Of a stretch of DNA of 58,775 bases, positions 37,286-45,953 are shown one piece after another. How positions within the stretch are numbered: the stretch's first letter is position 1; each line of letters begins with the position of its first letter. The stretch comes from an uncultured bacterium (GTDB lineage: Bacteria; Verrucomicrobiota; Verrucomicrobiia; Limisphaerales; JACDHS01): the NCBI GenBank assembly GCA_966112985.1, contig CBHWET010000002.1, positions 1-58,775 of the forward strand, in the 5' to 3' direction. The notes under the pieces were generated by a model. That model was not told where the DNA came from. It did no database searches and saw nothing but the letters and a program-made list of their open reading frames with translations. Made by a program: the position numbers and the translations under genes.

Positions 37286-37319
37286 ACAAAAGCGCGCCGA
37301 CGTTTGTATCAGCGCGCTG
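37286..37319 (-). terminator. intrinsic terminator ending the repressor operon
   Basis: On the minus strand, stem agcgcgc/gcgcgct is followed by TTTTG. A second hairpin ctccg/cggag lies at 37262-37277. Confidence 0.55.
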
Positions 37320-37353
37320 AAATCAGAACAGACAATTTTTCTAAGAGGGTTCG

Positions 37354-37893
37354 TTACTCGGCTGGGCAAAATTCTGTGGCCAGCGCGTAAAAAATCCCGG
37401 TATACAGAGCCTCGTTCTTACGGAATTGCTCCGTCAGAACTTCCGTTGCCTTTATAATCGAAGCGTGTTCCGGCCGTATTTCGCTAACCGTTTGTTGAAT
37501 CTCGTTCAGGCTTCCGGCGTAATCGCGAAGAGCGTCGGCCGTCGATCTCATATTCAACAATAACAAACGGCCACGAATCGATTGCATTTTTGTTATGTAA
37601 ATCGCGCAGTCCTCAAAGTACTTCTTTAAATTTCCCAGGACTTTTTCACTGTGCTCATCCAGGCCTCTCTTGTCGGCAACCATAACACCTAAGCCCAGCC
37701 CTGTTCCTGCCAACTTCGTGAAGTGCGCATGAACGTCAGCGAGTTCGGCGGCCATCTTTTCTAGCGAGTCATGCTTCCTTTGGGCGTGCGCTTTTCGTGC
37801 ATCGCTCTTGATCGTTTGTGTTGCAGTGAAGTATGCAATCACACCTCCAAGGCCGATTTTGATTGCATCTGATAAAACGTCCCAGCCATTCAT
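37354..37893 (-). CDS. membrane-anchored protein of unknown function (repressor operon gene 5)
   Basis: 179 aa from the ATG at 37893. The N-terminal transmembrane segment is IKIGLGGVIAYFTATQTI, followed by a helical domain. The ORF-track start at 37926 is a TTG that overlaps the upstream gene. Confidence 0.55.
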   Translation of the reverse strand: MNGWDVLSDAIKIGLGGVIAYFTATQTIKSDARKAHAQRKHDSLEKMAAELADVHAHFTKLAGTGLGLGVMVADKRGLDEHSEKVLGNLKKYFEDCAIYITKMQSIRGRLLLLNMRSTADALRDYAGSLNEIQQTVSEIRPEHASIIKATEVLTEQFRKNEALYTGIFYALATEFCPAE

Positions 37894-37894
37894 A

Positions 37895-38101
37895 TTAATC
37901 GCGGAGCTGGCACCATATGTCGCCAAGCAATCGAAACGGAAGATACGTTCTTTTGTCGTTGCTCAACATTTTCGCGGTCTGCATCGCATCATGAGCCTGC
38001 GAGTGCATTATGTAATCGCCATCTTGGAGATTCAAAGCGATGTATGGACAGTCGCTCCGGATCGTCCGGCCGTCGTAGAGTTTGCCTACGTATTCGCGCA
38101 T
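37895..38101 (-). CDS. 68-aa protein of unknown function (repressor operon gene 4)
   Basis: ATG-started ORF, 2 nt after the upstream stop and 1 nt before the next ATG. Confidence 0.5.
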   Translation of the reverse strand: MREYVGKLYDGRTIRSDCPYIALNLQDGDYIMHSQAHDAMQTAKMLSNDKRTYLPFRLLGDIWCQLRD

Positions 38102-38103
38102 CG

Positions 38104-38361
38104 TCAGTTTCGGCTTGGATTCGTATTGCGCAGATTCATAGCGGCAACATTGTACAGCTGTCGGGCCTCTGCATCTTTCGCTTTCAACGCTCTTTCGTCG
38201 AACTCTCTCGCCAGCAATTCGCGCTGGTCAGCAACGATATCTCGATACATGCCTGTAATGTGACGGCTAATCCGTTTTTTCTGATCGTCGGTTAACGTGA
38301 AATCGACGATGCCGTTGATCACCTCAGTGCCTTCCTTTGCCCAATGTTCTGCGTTAAACAT
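38104..38361 (-). CDS. 85-aa helical protein of unknown function (repressor operon gene 3)
   Basis: ATG-started ORF with a charged helical C-terminus. Confidence 0.5.
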   Translation of the reverse strand: MFNAEHWAKEGTEVINGIVDFTLTDDQKKRISRHITGMYRDIVADQRELLAREFDERALKAKDAEARQLYNVAAMNLRNTNPSRN

Positions 38362-38401
38362 AAATCGTAGATAATTTCTTCCCGCTGCAAATGTGACCCT
38401 G

Positions 38402-38785
38402 TTACTGCCTTCTGTAATACTGCTGTAGTAACAGTTGTCCCCGCGGGCTTTTCGTCGGAATCATTTTGCCTTCGCAGCGCGAACAGGCTTGTGTTCTCGA
38501 TGTAAGTCTCCAGATCGAATAGATCAGTCCAGGGAAACACATGAACAGCCAAAGAACGAGTTCGATCGCGAGGCTTCCCTTCGTGATTGTTTTTGATGCA
38601 CCAACAAACCCGCACGATTCGCAAATTTCTTTTCCTTGAGGAAGTGCGATCGGCGCAGTGGGAGTTGTTGTGAGAGGAGGAGCAACGAGCGGCGGAGCTG
38701 CTTGCCGGGGCGCGCCGCACTGGGGACAGCTGACGGCTTTGTCGCTGATTTGGTTGCCGCACTCGGGGCATTGTATGAGAGGCAT
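38402..38785 (-). CDS. zinc-ribbon membrane protein (repressor operon gene 2)
   Basis: 127 aa with CPECG..CPQCG, a Pro-rich linker, then CESCG, the hydrophobic segment LAIELVLWLFMCFPGLIYSIW, and CSRCEG. Confidence 0.6.
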   Translation of the reverse strand: MPLIQCPECGNQISDKAVSCPQCGAPRQAAPPLVAPPLTTTPTAPIALPQGKEICESCGFVGASKTITKGSLAIELVLWLFMCFPGLIYSIWRLTSRTQACSRCEGKMIPTKSPRGQLLLQQYYRRQ

Positions 38786-38790
38786 ACTCG

Positions 38791-39375
38791 CTATTTTGTC
38801 GGCTTCTTTTTCTTCTGCCGAATTGTCTTTTTATAGGTGGAGATAATGCTGGCGATCTCTCTTGCCTTGGCCGGATCTTCTTCTGCGATTTGCTCCAGAT
38901 CTCGCGTTGCCTGTTCGATGATGGGGTTGTGATACGCAACCATCCCGACCTCTTCTTTTCCTGGATACTTCACGGGTGAACCTTCTGTTGTGATTTCTTT
39001 GCGGCCTGAGGAAGGGCCGCGGGAATGTTTAACACCCGCAAGGCGATTTTGTTCACTAATAGTTGGGCTGACTTGTTCACCGGCCAGCGGTTGGACAGAT
39101 TTGCATTCGATTAGGACAAAGGCGTCCCCTTGCTTCGAAAGAATATCTGGGCGCTCGCTGGCTATTACCATTTTTAAAAGCTTCAAAATCGAGTCCGTCA
39201 CCTTGGCTTTCCCGTTGACGATCATGTTCACGTAGTTGCTCGTCTTGTGAAGTCTTTCTGCTGTTTCGGATTGGTTCCAACCCGTGGCGGCCATCAACTC
39301 CAGGAACTCGCGTATGCGCGCTTCGTCCGCTTTGGAATACGAAACAAAAATGTTCTTAGTCGGCTTCGTGCTCAA
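38791..39375 (-). CDS. phage repressor (c-like, HTH)
   Basis: 194 aa with the helix-turn-helix WNQSETAERLHKTSNYVNMIVNGK. It is divergent from the early operon across an operator-bearing 77-bp region. Confidence 0.7.
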   Translation of the reverse strand: MSTKPTKNIFVSYSKADEARIREFLELMAATGWNQSETAERLHKTSNYVNMIVNGKAKVTDSILKLLKMVIASERPDILSKQGDAFVLIECKSVQPLAGEQVSPTISEQNRLAGVKHSRGPSSGRKEITTEGSPVKYPGKEEVGMVAYHNPIIEQATRDLEQIAEEDPAKAREIASIISTYKKTIRQKKKKPTK

Positions 39376-39385
39376 AATAAAAAGA

Positions 39386-39455
39386 TGTAAATAATTTACA
39401 ATAGGCTTGACGTGTAAGTGATTTACACTTAATTGTCACCTGTAAATTATTTATG
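39386..39455. promoter_or_regulatory. three 15-bp palindromic operators and a candidate early promoter
   Basis: O1 TGTAAATAATTTACA (39386-39400), O2 TGTAAGTGATTTACA (39413-39427) and O3 TGTAAATTATTTATG (39441-39455, overlapping the ATG at 39453). A TTGACG at 39407-39412 abuts O2. Confidence 0.65.
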
Positions 39456-39647
39456 ACGGAGCGTACAGCAACGAGCAACCTAAAAAAATTGAGGCTCTTT
39501 TGTATCGAGCAAGACACTTCCGTTTCTGAAATCGCCCGCGAAATGAAAAAGAGCCGGCAGGCGATCTATTACTCGCTCAAAAAGCCGACGCGTTTCCCTC
39601 GCACGTTTCGCAAAGTCATGAAGCTCATCGGAGGCCCCAACCAATGA
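39453..39647 (+). CDS. Ner/Cro-like HTH regulator
   Basis: 64 aa with the helix-turn-helix TSVSEIAREMKKSRQAIYYSL. It is the first gene of the early operon. Confidence 0.6.
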   Translation: MTERTATSNLKKLRLFCIEQDTSVSEIAREMKKSRQAIYYSLKKPTRFPRTFRKVMKLIGGPNQ

Positions 39648-39847
39648 ATCCTTATAAAATTCTCATTCGCTTTGTTCGAAAGCACTTTCCCGATTCCGTT
39701 AAGGAACGGAAAAAAGTTTTGGGGGCGCTGATTCAAATCGTTCCAGAAAAAGACGTTCAACACGATCAGCTCTGCGTTTCCCTTCGCAGCCTGGAGATAC
39801 ATGAAAAGGAATCTCTCCGGATCGGCAAAGAGAAAGGCTCAAAGTGA
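39644..39847 (+). CDS. early protein of unknown function
   Basis: 67-aa ORF with an ATGA overlap to the upstream gene. Confidence 0.45.
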   Translation: MNPYKILIRFVRKHFPDSVKERKKVLGALIQIVPEKDVQHDQLCVSLRSLEIHEKESLRIGKEKGSK

Positions 39848-40023
39848 AATACCGCATCGCAGACTATTGGACAACTTGCGACAGCGGCATCGTCGCAGAC
39901 GACCTGGATGCGGCTCTCTCTTTGATCGCCAAGCTTGGTCCGCAATACATCGCGGTGGAAGAAGGCGCAAACGTTACTGAAGCCTGCCTTGCAGCGCAGC
40001 AATGGGATGACGAACGCGAATGA
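39844..40023 (+). CDS. 59-aa early protein absent from the ORF track
   Basis: The GTG start overlaps the upstream stop (GTGA) and the stop overlaps the next ATG (ATGA). The product is acidic: VKYRIADYWTTCDSG…QQWDDERE. Confidence 0.4.
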   Translation: MKYRIADYWTTCDSGIVADDLDAALSLIAKLGPQYIAVEEGANVTEACLAAQQWDDERE

Positions 40024-40442
40024 AAACTATTCCGAAATCAGCCGAACATCATCGTGCCAAGATTTCTTTAAATGGTGATGCCACGCGGTCACTAAAAAGA
40101 ATCGGCAAAGCTCTGGCGAAAATTCCCGCGGCGGAACTTCGTCGGTCTTTTCAAGCGACCGTGCGGACGCTGAAGCGCATAAAATCCGAACGAGAATTGC
40201 TGATCGAAGCCGCACCGGCGGCGAAGCGCGCAGCCCTGCGCAAAGCTTTTGACACCACCGATCGCATTGCTCTTCGTCGGCTTCTAAAATCACATAGCTG
40301 TGGTCCGGTATTGAGCATCGCCACTGCTCCGAATACGCGTGCGCCATTAAGGCAAATCGAGTCTGCACTTCCTTCCACGTCATCGGCTCATCGTAAAACC
40401 GCAACCGCAAGCCGTAAATCGCAGAAAGGCTCACGCTCATGA
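40020..40442 (+). CDS. basic early protein of unknown function
   Basis: 140-aa ORF, translationally coupled on both sides. Confidence 0.5.
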   Translation: MKTIPKSAEHHRAKISLNGDATRSLKRIGKALAKIPAAELRRSFQATVRTLKRIKSERELLIEAAPAAKRAALRKAFDTTDRIALRRLLKSHSCGPVLSIATAPNTRAPLRQIESALPSTSSAHRKTATASRKSQKGSRS

Positions 40443-40711
40443 ACGCAAAACAACTTTTTCGGACAACTCAGCGGATATGCGAGCGCCGCGGCGAAGCTCA
40501 AGCCGCTTCGGAAATTGCCGCAACCTTGAAGCATTCGTCGCCGGCTGGACAGCTCCATACGTTTCAGCTCCGCGCCCGTGCGCTACGCGAGCAAGCAAAA
40601 CAGGCAGTCGCTGAAAAGCCGTTCGATAAAAAGCGCGTGGCCGCATTGCTGGAGCAGCTCCGCGGACTCAATGCGCAGATGGATCACTTCATTGGCACTC
40701 ACCAAAACTAA
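40439..40711 (+). CDS. early protein of unknown function
   Basis: 90-aa helical ORF with an ATGA overlap. Confidence 0.5.
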   Translation: MNAKQLFRTTQRICERRGEAQAASEIAATLKHSSPAGQLHTFQLRARALREQAKQAVAEKPFDKKRVAALLEQLRGLNAQMDHFIGTHQN

Positions 40712-40712
40712 T

Positions 40713-41213
40713 ATGCTCAAAACTGCTCAACCCGAATTTGATCTGCAGCTTCCGGCTGGCCGGCCGCTGATCCCGATCGAAGCGGTTATGGTTCTCGCAG
40801 ATCGAGATGAAGACGACGTCTTAAATCTGATCGATATCGGAATGCTTCGTTGGGCGTTTGACATCGCCACGCCTGGCACAGATCGCCGCGAGTTACGGAT
40901 CTTCCGCGAGAGCCTGATTGATTATTTGCGCGGCGACACAGCTGCAATGGGGCGGAAGAATCAGACGGAAACTGTCGAAGGAATCATTGCTCGTATTCTC
41001 CCGCGTCCGTCGATTGTCAACGGATACGGAACCATCCGCGGCACAGAACTGCAGCGCCGCTTCTCTTGTTGCCAGGGACACGTTAACAATTTGATTAAGA
41101 CTGGCGAACTGTCGCTGGCCCCCATTGTTACACCGCAAAAAGTTTCTCCCTTCGTTCTTCACTTTAGCGCCGCCGCGTTCCTCCGGAGCCGCGAGCTGAA
41201 AGGAAAAGCGTGA
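40713..41213 (+). CDS. putative DNA-binding protein with two excisionase/MerR-like HTH segments
   Basis: The ATG at 40713 lies 1 nt after the previous stop. The two segments are IPIEAVMVLADRDEDDVLNLIDIGMLRW and IRGTELQRRFSCCQGHVNNLIKTGEL. Confidence 0.45.
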   Translation: MLKTAQPEFDLQLPAGRPLIPIEAVMVLADRDEDDVLNLIDIGMLRWAFDIATPGTDRRELRIFRESLIDYLRGDTAAMGRKNQTETVEGIIARILPRPSIVNGYGTIRGTELQRRFSCCQGHVNNLIKTGELSLAPIVTPQKVSPFVLHFSAAAFLRSRELKGKA

Positions 41214-41377
41214 TGCTCAAACCAAAACCCAATAGTCGGCCATTGCTCATTTTGCTTACCCGCAACGATGTCCAGTCGCACTGGAAGAAGCATCGTCCGA
41301 AAAGCGAAACGATCAAGGCGTTCAACCGCTTCTGGCTGGAAGCGGCGTTTTTTAAACAACGATCAGACCTCAACTAA
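41213..41377 (+). CDS. 54-aa basic early protein absent from the ORF track
   Basis: The ATG overlaps the upstream TGA by 1 nt (TGATG). The product is MLKPKPNSRPLLILLTRNDVQSHWKKH…. Confidence 0.35.
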   Translation: MLKPKPNSRPLLILLTRNDVQSHWKKHRPKSETIKAFNRFWLEAAFFKQRSDLN

Positions 41378-41382
41378 CCTAC

Positions 41383-42195
41383 ATGAGCAGAACAATCACT
41401 TATCGCGATCCCTCGGAACTCAAACTGCATCCGGCACTGAAAGTTTTGCCAGAGCTGCCGAATGATCATCCGGACTTTATTGCGATCGTCGACGATATAC
41501 GCGATCGCGGAATCGATTACCCCGTCATCATCCTGAACGATCAGATCGTTGACGGCCGCCATCGTTGGCGCGCCGCGACGCGCCTGCAGTTAAAAGAACT
41601 CCCCACTCGCGACTGCAAGGAGAACGAAGTCGCGGGGATCATCGTCAACTCTCTCCTACAGCGCCGTCACTTCACCAAAGGCGCATTGGCGTACATGGCT
41701 TTCCCGCTGATGGAAGACGCGTGGAAAGAAGCGCAAGCGCGACAACAGGCCGCTTTGAAGGCTGGTAGTTCACTCAGTGTACTACGGGGCAAGACAGTTG
41801 AGGACATGGCTGAAAATCTTGGCTTCAGCCGCACGCTGTTCTTCCAGGCGCGAGACGTTCACCAGGCATTCGAAAAAAAGCCAAAGCTGCGCGAAGAGTT
41901 TGAAGCCGACATCCTGACAGGCGACATCGGACTGGGCGCAGTGAAGGCCGGCATTGCTGGGCAAGAATCCACGAAGGGCAAACCTAAAGTAAAAGAAGAT
42001 CAGCTCGAATTATTCACCGGCGCCTTCGACACGCTGCATAAACGCTTTCGCTACTGGAACAAATTTGACGACGGCGAAAAAGACGAAGTCCGCAAGTCGC
42101 TTCGCAAAGCTGTCGCCGACATGCCGGCAGATCTTCGCGCTGAATTCAAAAAGGCGATCGCCGCGATCGACAAAGCAGAGAAGGAGGAAAAATAA
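41383..42195 (+). CDS. ParB/Srx-like N-terminal nuclease-domain protein
   Basis: 270 aa with LKLHPA...P and IVDGRHRWRAA motifs. Confidence 0.7.
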   Translation: MSRTITYRDPSELKLHPALKVLPELPNDHPDFIAIVDDIRDRGIDYPVIILNDQIVDGRHRWRAATRLQLKELPTRDCKENEVAGIIVNSLLQRRHFTKGALAYMAFPLMEDAWKEAQARQQAALKAGSSLSVLRGKTVEDMAENLGFSRTLFFQARDVHQAFEKKPKLREEFEADILTGDIGLGAVKAGIAGQESTKGKPKVKEDQLELFTGAFDTLHKRFRYWNKFDDGEKDEVRKSLRKAVADMPADLRAEFKKAIAAIDKAEKEEK

Positions 42196-42635
42196 TGAAA
42201 TCCGCTCCGCTTCGACATTGGCGAGAGTTGCTCGCACAGCCAGGAAGCATCATCCGCCCTTGCTATCGCACCTGCACTTGTCGCCATTGCAAATACTGGC
42301 GCGAACTAGAGTCTCACAGTTGCAATCACTGCGGTTTAAAGCTTTCCGAATCGTACAGCCATTGGCTGCAGCTATGGAGCAATGGAGCGGTAGCGCATCT
42401 CTCTTGCGTTGAAGATTCAATCGAACTGGAGCGCATCCAGGTCAACAGGCCAACAATCATCGAAGCGGCCGCCCGTTCAGCACAGTTAACCATCGAAGGC
42501 TTTCAGGGGATGAATTCCTGGGATCGCGAGAAGCTCTGCCGTCAGCAACTTGATGCGGAGAATCCAAACTGGTTCGAAGCGATTACAGAGGAACTGCGCC
42601 GCCGTCGTTCTCTCCCGACAACAACGAACAAATAA
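42195..42635 (+). CDS. Cys-rich early protein
   Basis: 146 aa with CYRTCTCRHC...SHSCNHCG. Confidence 0.5.
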   Translation: MKSAPLRHWRELLAQPGSIIRPCYRTCTCRHCKYWRELESHSCNHCGLKLSESYSHWLQLWSNGAVAHLSCVEDSIELERIQVNRPTIIEAAARSAQLTIEGFQGMNSWDREKLCRQQLDAENPNWFEAITEELRRRRSLPTTTNK

Positions 42636-42639
42636 ACCG

Positions 42640-44526
42640 ATGAACTCCCGCAACGTAAGCAAAACCATTTCCGAAAACTGGCGCGAAGAAGAAGCGCAGC
42701 GCCGCCTGGACATCATCACCGCGGTTCGTTTGCTGATGAATCCGGAAGATGAATCGAAACCAAAACTCAGTGAGCGCAAAGCTTGCAAAAAAATTGGTGT
42801 CGATCAGGCAACGTTCGGACGCTGGCGTAAAAAGTTCGACGATGAAGGATTTGTCGGCTTGCTTCCAGACACACACGAATGCGGCCGCAAGTCTGTCCTG
42901 GAGAAACTAAACGTCCCCGTCGACGTCATCAAAGAAGTCCAGGGAATCAATCTCGATACTGAGAGCAACACAGCTGCTTGGCGTTTGTTTGCGCACAGTG
43001 ACAAATGTCCGGAAGCGCTGGCTCGCGTCATTCTCGATCCGACTCGATCCAGCAAACACGCAATTCCTCCTTCGCTCCGAAGCGCGACAAAATTGACAGA
43101 GCCAGTACGTGACGCACATCGCGGCCGCCGTCAGCTCGATCTGAATGGAATCTGGATCCCGCGATACATGGACGTATTGCCCGGCGATATTTTTACGGCC
43201 GACGATACAACTCCAATTTGGGCTTGGTGGGTTCCGTGGTACGAATCAGAAGAATATCCGTTCGGTGTCAAACTTCTGCAGGGGCAATTTCTTCCGATCA
43301 TGGACATCGTCAGCCAGGCAATCATTTGCTACTCGCTGATTGCCCGCGAAAAGTCCAGCTATCGCGCCGCTGACATCTGGGCGTTGTTCGGACATGCGTT
43401 CGAAGTTATCGGTCTCCCGCGGCTTGGCTTCCAGCTGGAGCGCGGCTCATGGGAAGCAAACTTGATCCGCGGCGAAGAAGTAGAATACCAGGCGGGCGAA
43501 GTTTCGCTTTCGCGCCGTGTCGGCGGTCTCCGCCAATTACCCACAAACGTTTTGCCCTGGCACCGCGAGCGACTTAACGGCGCCGAATTTCCAAAGACGC
43601 TGCAGACGTGGACAAGTTATCTGCCGAAATCAAAACCGATTGAAGCTTGGTTCAATCGTTCGCAAACGTTGGAAGGTACTCTCTGGGGATCTCTTGGCCG
43701 CGATCAGATGCGCCGGCCGTATGAAAAAACGAAGAAGCTTTTCCAGGCATGTCAACGCGGCGCCGAAGATCCGCGAAAGCATTTCCTCTCCGGAACGGAA
43801 ATGGTGACTCAGCTGAACAAGCTGATCGGTTATCTCAACTACGAGCCGATGGAAGGCGAAGTCTTTCACGGGATCCCGCAAATGAAGCTCGAAGCGGCGA
43901 TCCATGAAAATCCGTTGTTTCGGCTGCCGGAAGAACAGCGCTGGCTGTATCGGCGCAATTGGAAAGTTCTGCAGATCACCAACGGCTGGGCCCGCGTTCG
44001 TTTGACTGACGACATCACGGGCAAGCGCTATTCGCTCTTTTACGAGAATCCAGCTGTGTTCGCCAACATGGAAGGCGAAGAGGTTGTCGTTTACTTCGAT
44101 CGAGAAAAATTCGAAGAGCCCGCACAAATCCTTTCAGCTCGCAGCGGCGAATACATCTGCGAAGCGCATTACTTCGAACGCAAAGGAAGTTTTCTCGACG
44201 GCGATCAATCCGGACACGATATCCGGAAAGCCTGGCGCAATGCCGTGCTCACAACATACGGCACGATTGTTCAACACGCTCCCAGCCGCCAGCTGCCGGC
44301 AGAGATCGAGCAACGAAGAAAAGCAGAGCCGCGGCAATCAGAACTCGATCCAACCCCGCCGCCACCGGCGCCGCTGCAGATCGACGGACGGCCGACAACT
44401 GTTGCACCGCGGACACCACAGCGCGCGGCGCTCCCGCCAACGACGCCAGGACGTGCAAAAGCTTTCAGCCGACAGGCAGAGATCAATCGCAAACTTAGAG
44501 AACAGCAGGAGGCGGCTGGAGTGTGA
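42640..44526 (+). CDS. Mu-like DDE transposase
   Basis: 628 aa from the ATG at 42640. It has an N-terminal helix-turn-helix (KIGVDQATFGRWRKKFDDEGFVGL) and a central block, DIFTADDTTPIW, that is a candidate DDE aspartate. The size and the position upstream of the AAA+ partner fit. It is the only recombinase candidate in the element. Confidence 0.65.
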   Translation: MNSRNVSKTISENWREEEAQRRLDIITAVRLLMNPEDESKPKLSERKACKKIGVDQATFGRWRKKFDDEGFVGLLPDTHECGRKSVLEKLNVPVDVIKEVQGINLDTESNTAAWRLFAHSDKCPEALARVILDPTRSSKHAIPPSLRSATKLTEPVRDAHRGRRQLDLNGIWIPRYMDVLPGDIFTADDTTPIWAWWVPWYESEEYPFGVKLLQGQFLPIMDIVSQAIICYSLIAREKSSYRAADIWALFGHAFEVIGLPRLGFQLERGSWEANLIRGEEVEYQAGEVSLSRRVGGLRQLPTNVLPWHRERLNGAEFPKTLQTWTSYLPKSKPIEAWFNRSQTLEGTLWGSLGRDQMRRPYEKTKKLFQACQRGAEDPRKHFLSGTEMVTQLNKLIGYLNYEPMEGEVFHGIPQMKLEAAIHENPLFRLPEEQRWLYRRNWKVLQITNGWARVRLTDDITGKRYSLFYENPAVFANMEGEEVVVYFDREKFEEPAQILSARSGEYICEAHYFERKGSFLDGDQSGHDIRKAWRNAVLTTYGTIVQHAPSRQLPAEIEQRRKAEPRQSELDPTPPPPAPLQIDGRPTTVAPRTPQRAALPPTTPGRAKAFSRQAEINRKLREQQEAAGV

Positions 44527-44593
44527 AAACAAAATGCCGCTCACAGAGGCAAACAGTCAACTGAGAGCGGCATAACTACTTATCAAACAAAAT

Positions 44594-45727
44594 ATGAGTA
44601 ACCCTGAGACAAGTTCAATTCAACCGGAAAAGCAAAAGCTTCGCTGGGACGATGCTTCACTCGAACATAATACCGCGTGTTATCCCGAACGCGTGCGCGA
44701 AGCGACGATCTGGCTGGGCCGGTTCGGCCGTGATAAATGCGCGAAGAATATCGACATCCTCGCGCAGAAGGCCGCGGCCATGGGATATTCCTGGTCTTAC
44801 GGTTCCTTTCACAAGACGCTGACCGGAAAATATTTTGACCCGAAAGCAAAGAGCACGGGCGATGCGGATTTTCTACTGCGCATGGTTAGCGCCTTGATGG
44901 CGAAAGAAAAATTGGAAGATCTGGCCGGCAAGGTTTCTTTCATCGAGACGCCGACAACCCGGAAGATTTTCGATCTTATCGACAATTGCCGCGCCCCGGC
45001 GCGCGTCTGCAAATTCGGTGTAATTATCGGCCACACTGGCCGGCAAAAGAGCGCCAGCTTCATCCAGTATTGCGCGATCGCAAACAACCCGCTCGCTCCA
45101 GGCAAAGACGTTTCGAGTGTCGAAAAGGTCTATCGCTGTGTCCACGTCGAAGCGCCTTACCGGCCGAACATGCGCGAGTTTACGACAAAGCTGGGCATGT
45201 GCTTTGGCCTGACTCGCAGCACGGCCATGAAGTGCGGCCTGTCTACGATTCGCGAACAGGTCAACGCAAACAGCACGATCATTGTCGACAACGTCCAGCG
45301 CCTCTACAAGCCGCTTGCGGATGACGATGAACAGTCAACGAAGCAATCGGTTTTCAACTTCCTCCAGGAATTACAGGACGACACGAAATGCACGATCATC
45401 CTGAGTTTCACGCGGGATTTTTACAACATGACGCTGTCGGCAAAAATGAAAGCCGGCTACTTCGAACAATTCGAAGGGCGCGCCGGCGGGCGCGATGCGT
45501 TTCTGATCCTGGAAGATTACGAATCAGACGAAGACATTCTGGCGATCGCCCGCGGCTTTGGTTTTCTGCATCCGGAAAATCATATCGATCGTTTGCGTCC
45601 ATTGGCCCACAGCTACGGCCGCGTCCGCATTTTATTCAACGCACTCCAGAACGCCCGCAAGCTCGCTAACGCGATGAACACAGAGCTGACGGTCGACATC
45701 CTGGAAGAAAGCCTCAGCGACAAATGA
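44594..45727 (+). CDS. MuB/TniB-like AAA+ transposition partner with deviant Walker motifs
   Basis: 377 aa. The P-loop-like motif is GVIIGHTGRQKS and the Walker-B-like motif is STIIVDNVQ. Confidence 0.5.
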   Translation: MSNPETSSIQPEKQKLRWDDASLEHNTACYPERVREATIWLGRFGRDKCAKNIDILAQKAAAMGYSWSYGSFHKTLTGKYFDPKAKSTGDADFLLRMVSALMAKEKLEDLAGKVSFIETPTTRKIFDLIDNCRAPARVCKFGVIIGHTGRQKSASFIQYCAIANNPLAPGKDVSSVEKVYRCVHVEAPYRPNMREFTTKLGMCFGLTRSTAMKCGLSTIREQVNANSTIIVDNVQRLYKPLADDDEQSTKQSVFNFLQELQDDTKCTIILSFTRDFYNMTLSAKMKAGYFEQFEGRAGGRDAFLILEDYESDEDILAIARGFGFLHPENHIDRLRPLAHSYGRVRILFNALQNARKLANAMNTELTVDILEESLSDK

Positions 45728-45948
45728 ACGGTTTAGTTGAAGAAGGTGCTCCTTTTGTTGTGCGTTGCGGCGGCTGGACGGTTCGCTTCGTCGCTCATCC
45801 GATTTGCGGCAACACCTTTGGCCTCGTTGCCGATCGGGAGGCAACCACTTTCAACAACACGGAAGAAGCCAGGCTCGCGTGTGTTAAGCACGGGCTTCGA
45901 TCCATTCACGCCGTAATCGAGCCACTCAACGCTCAAACCAAATCGTAG
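45724..45948 (+). CDS. early protein of unknown function
   Basis: 74-aa ORF with an ATGA overlap. Confidence 0.45.
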   Translation: MNGLVEEGAPFVVRCGGWTVRFVAHPICGNTFGLVADREATTFNNTEEARLACVKHGLRSIHAVIEPLNAQTKS

Positions 45949-45953
45949 AAACT

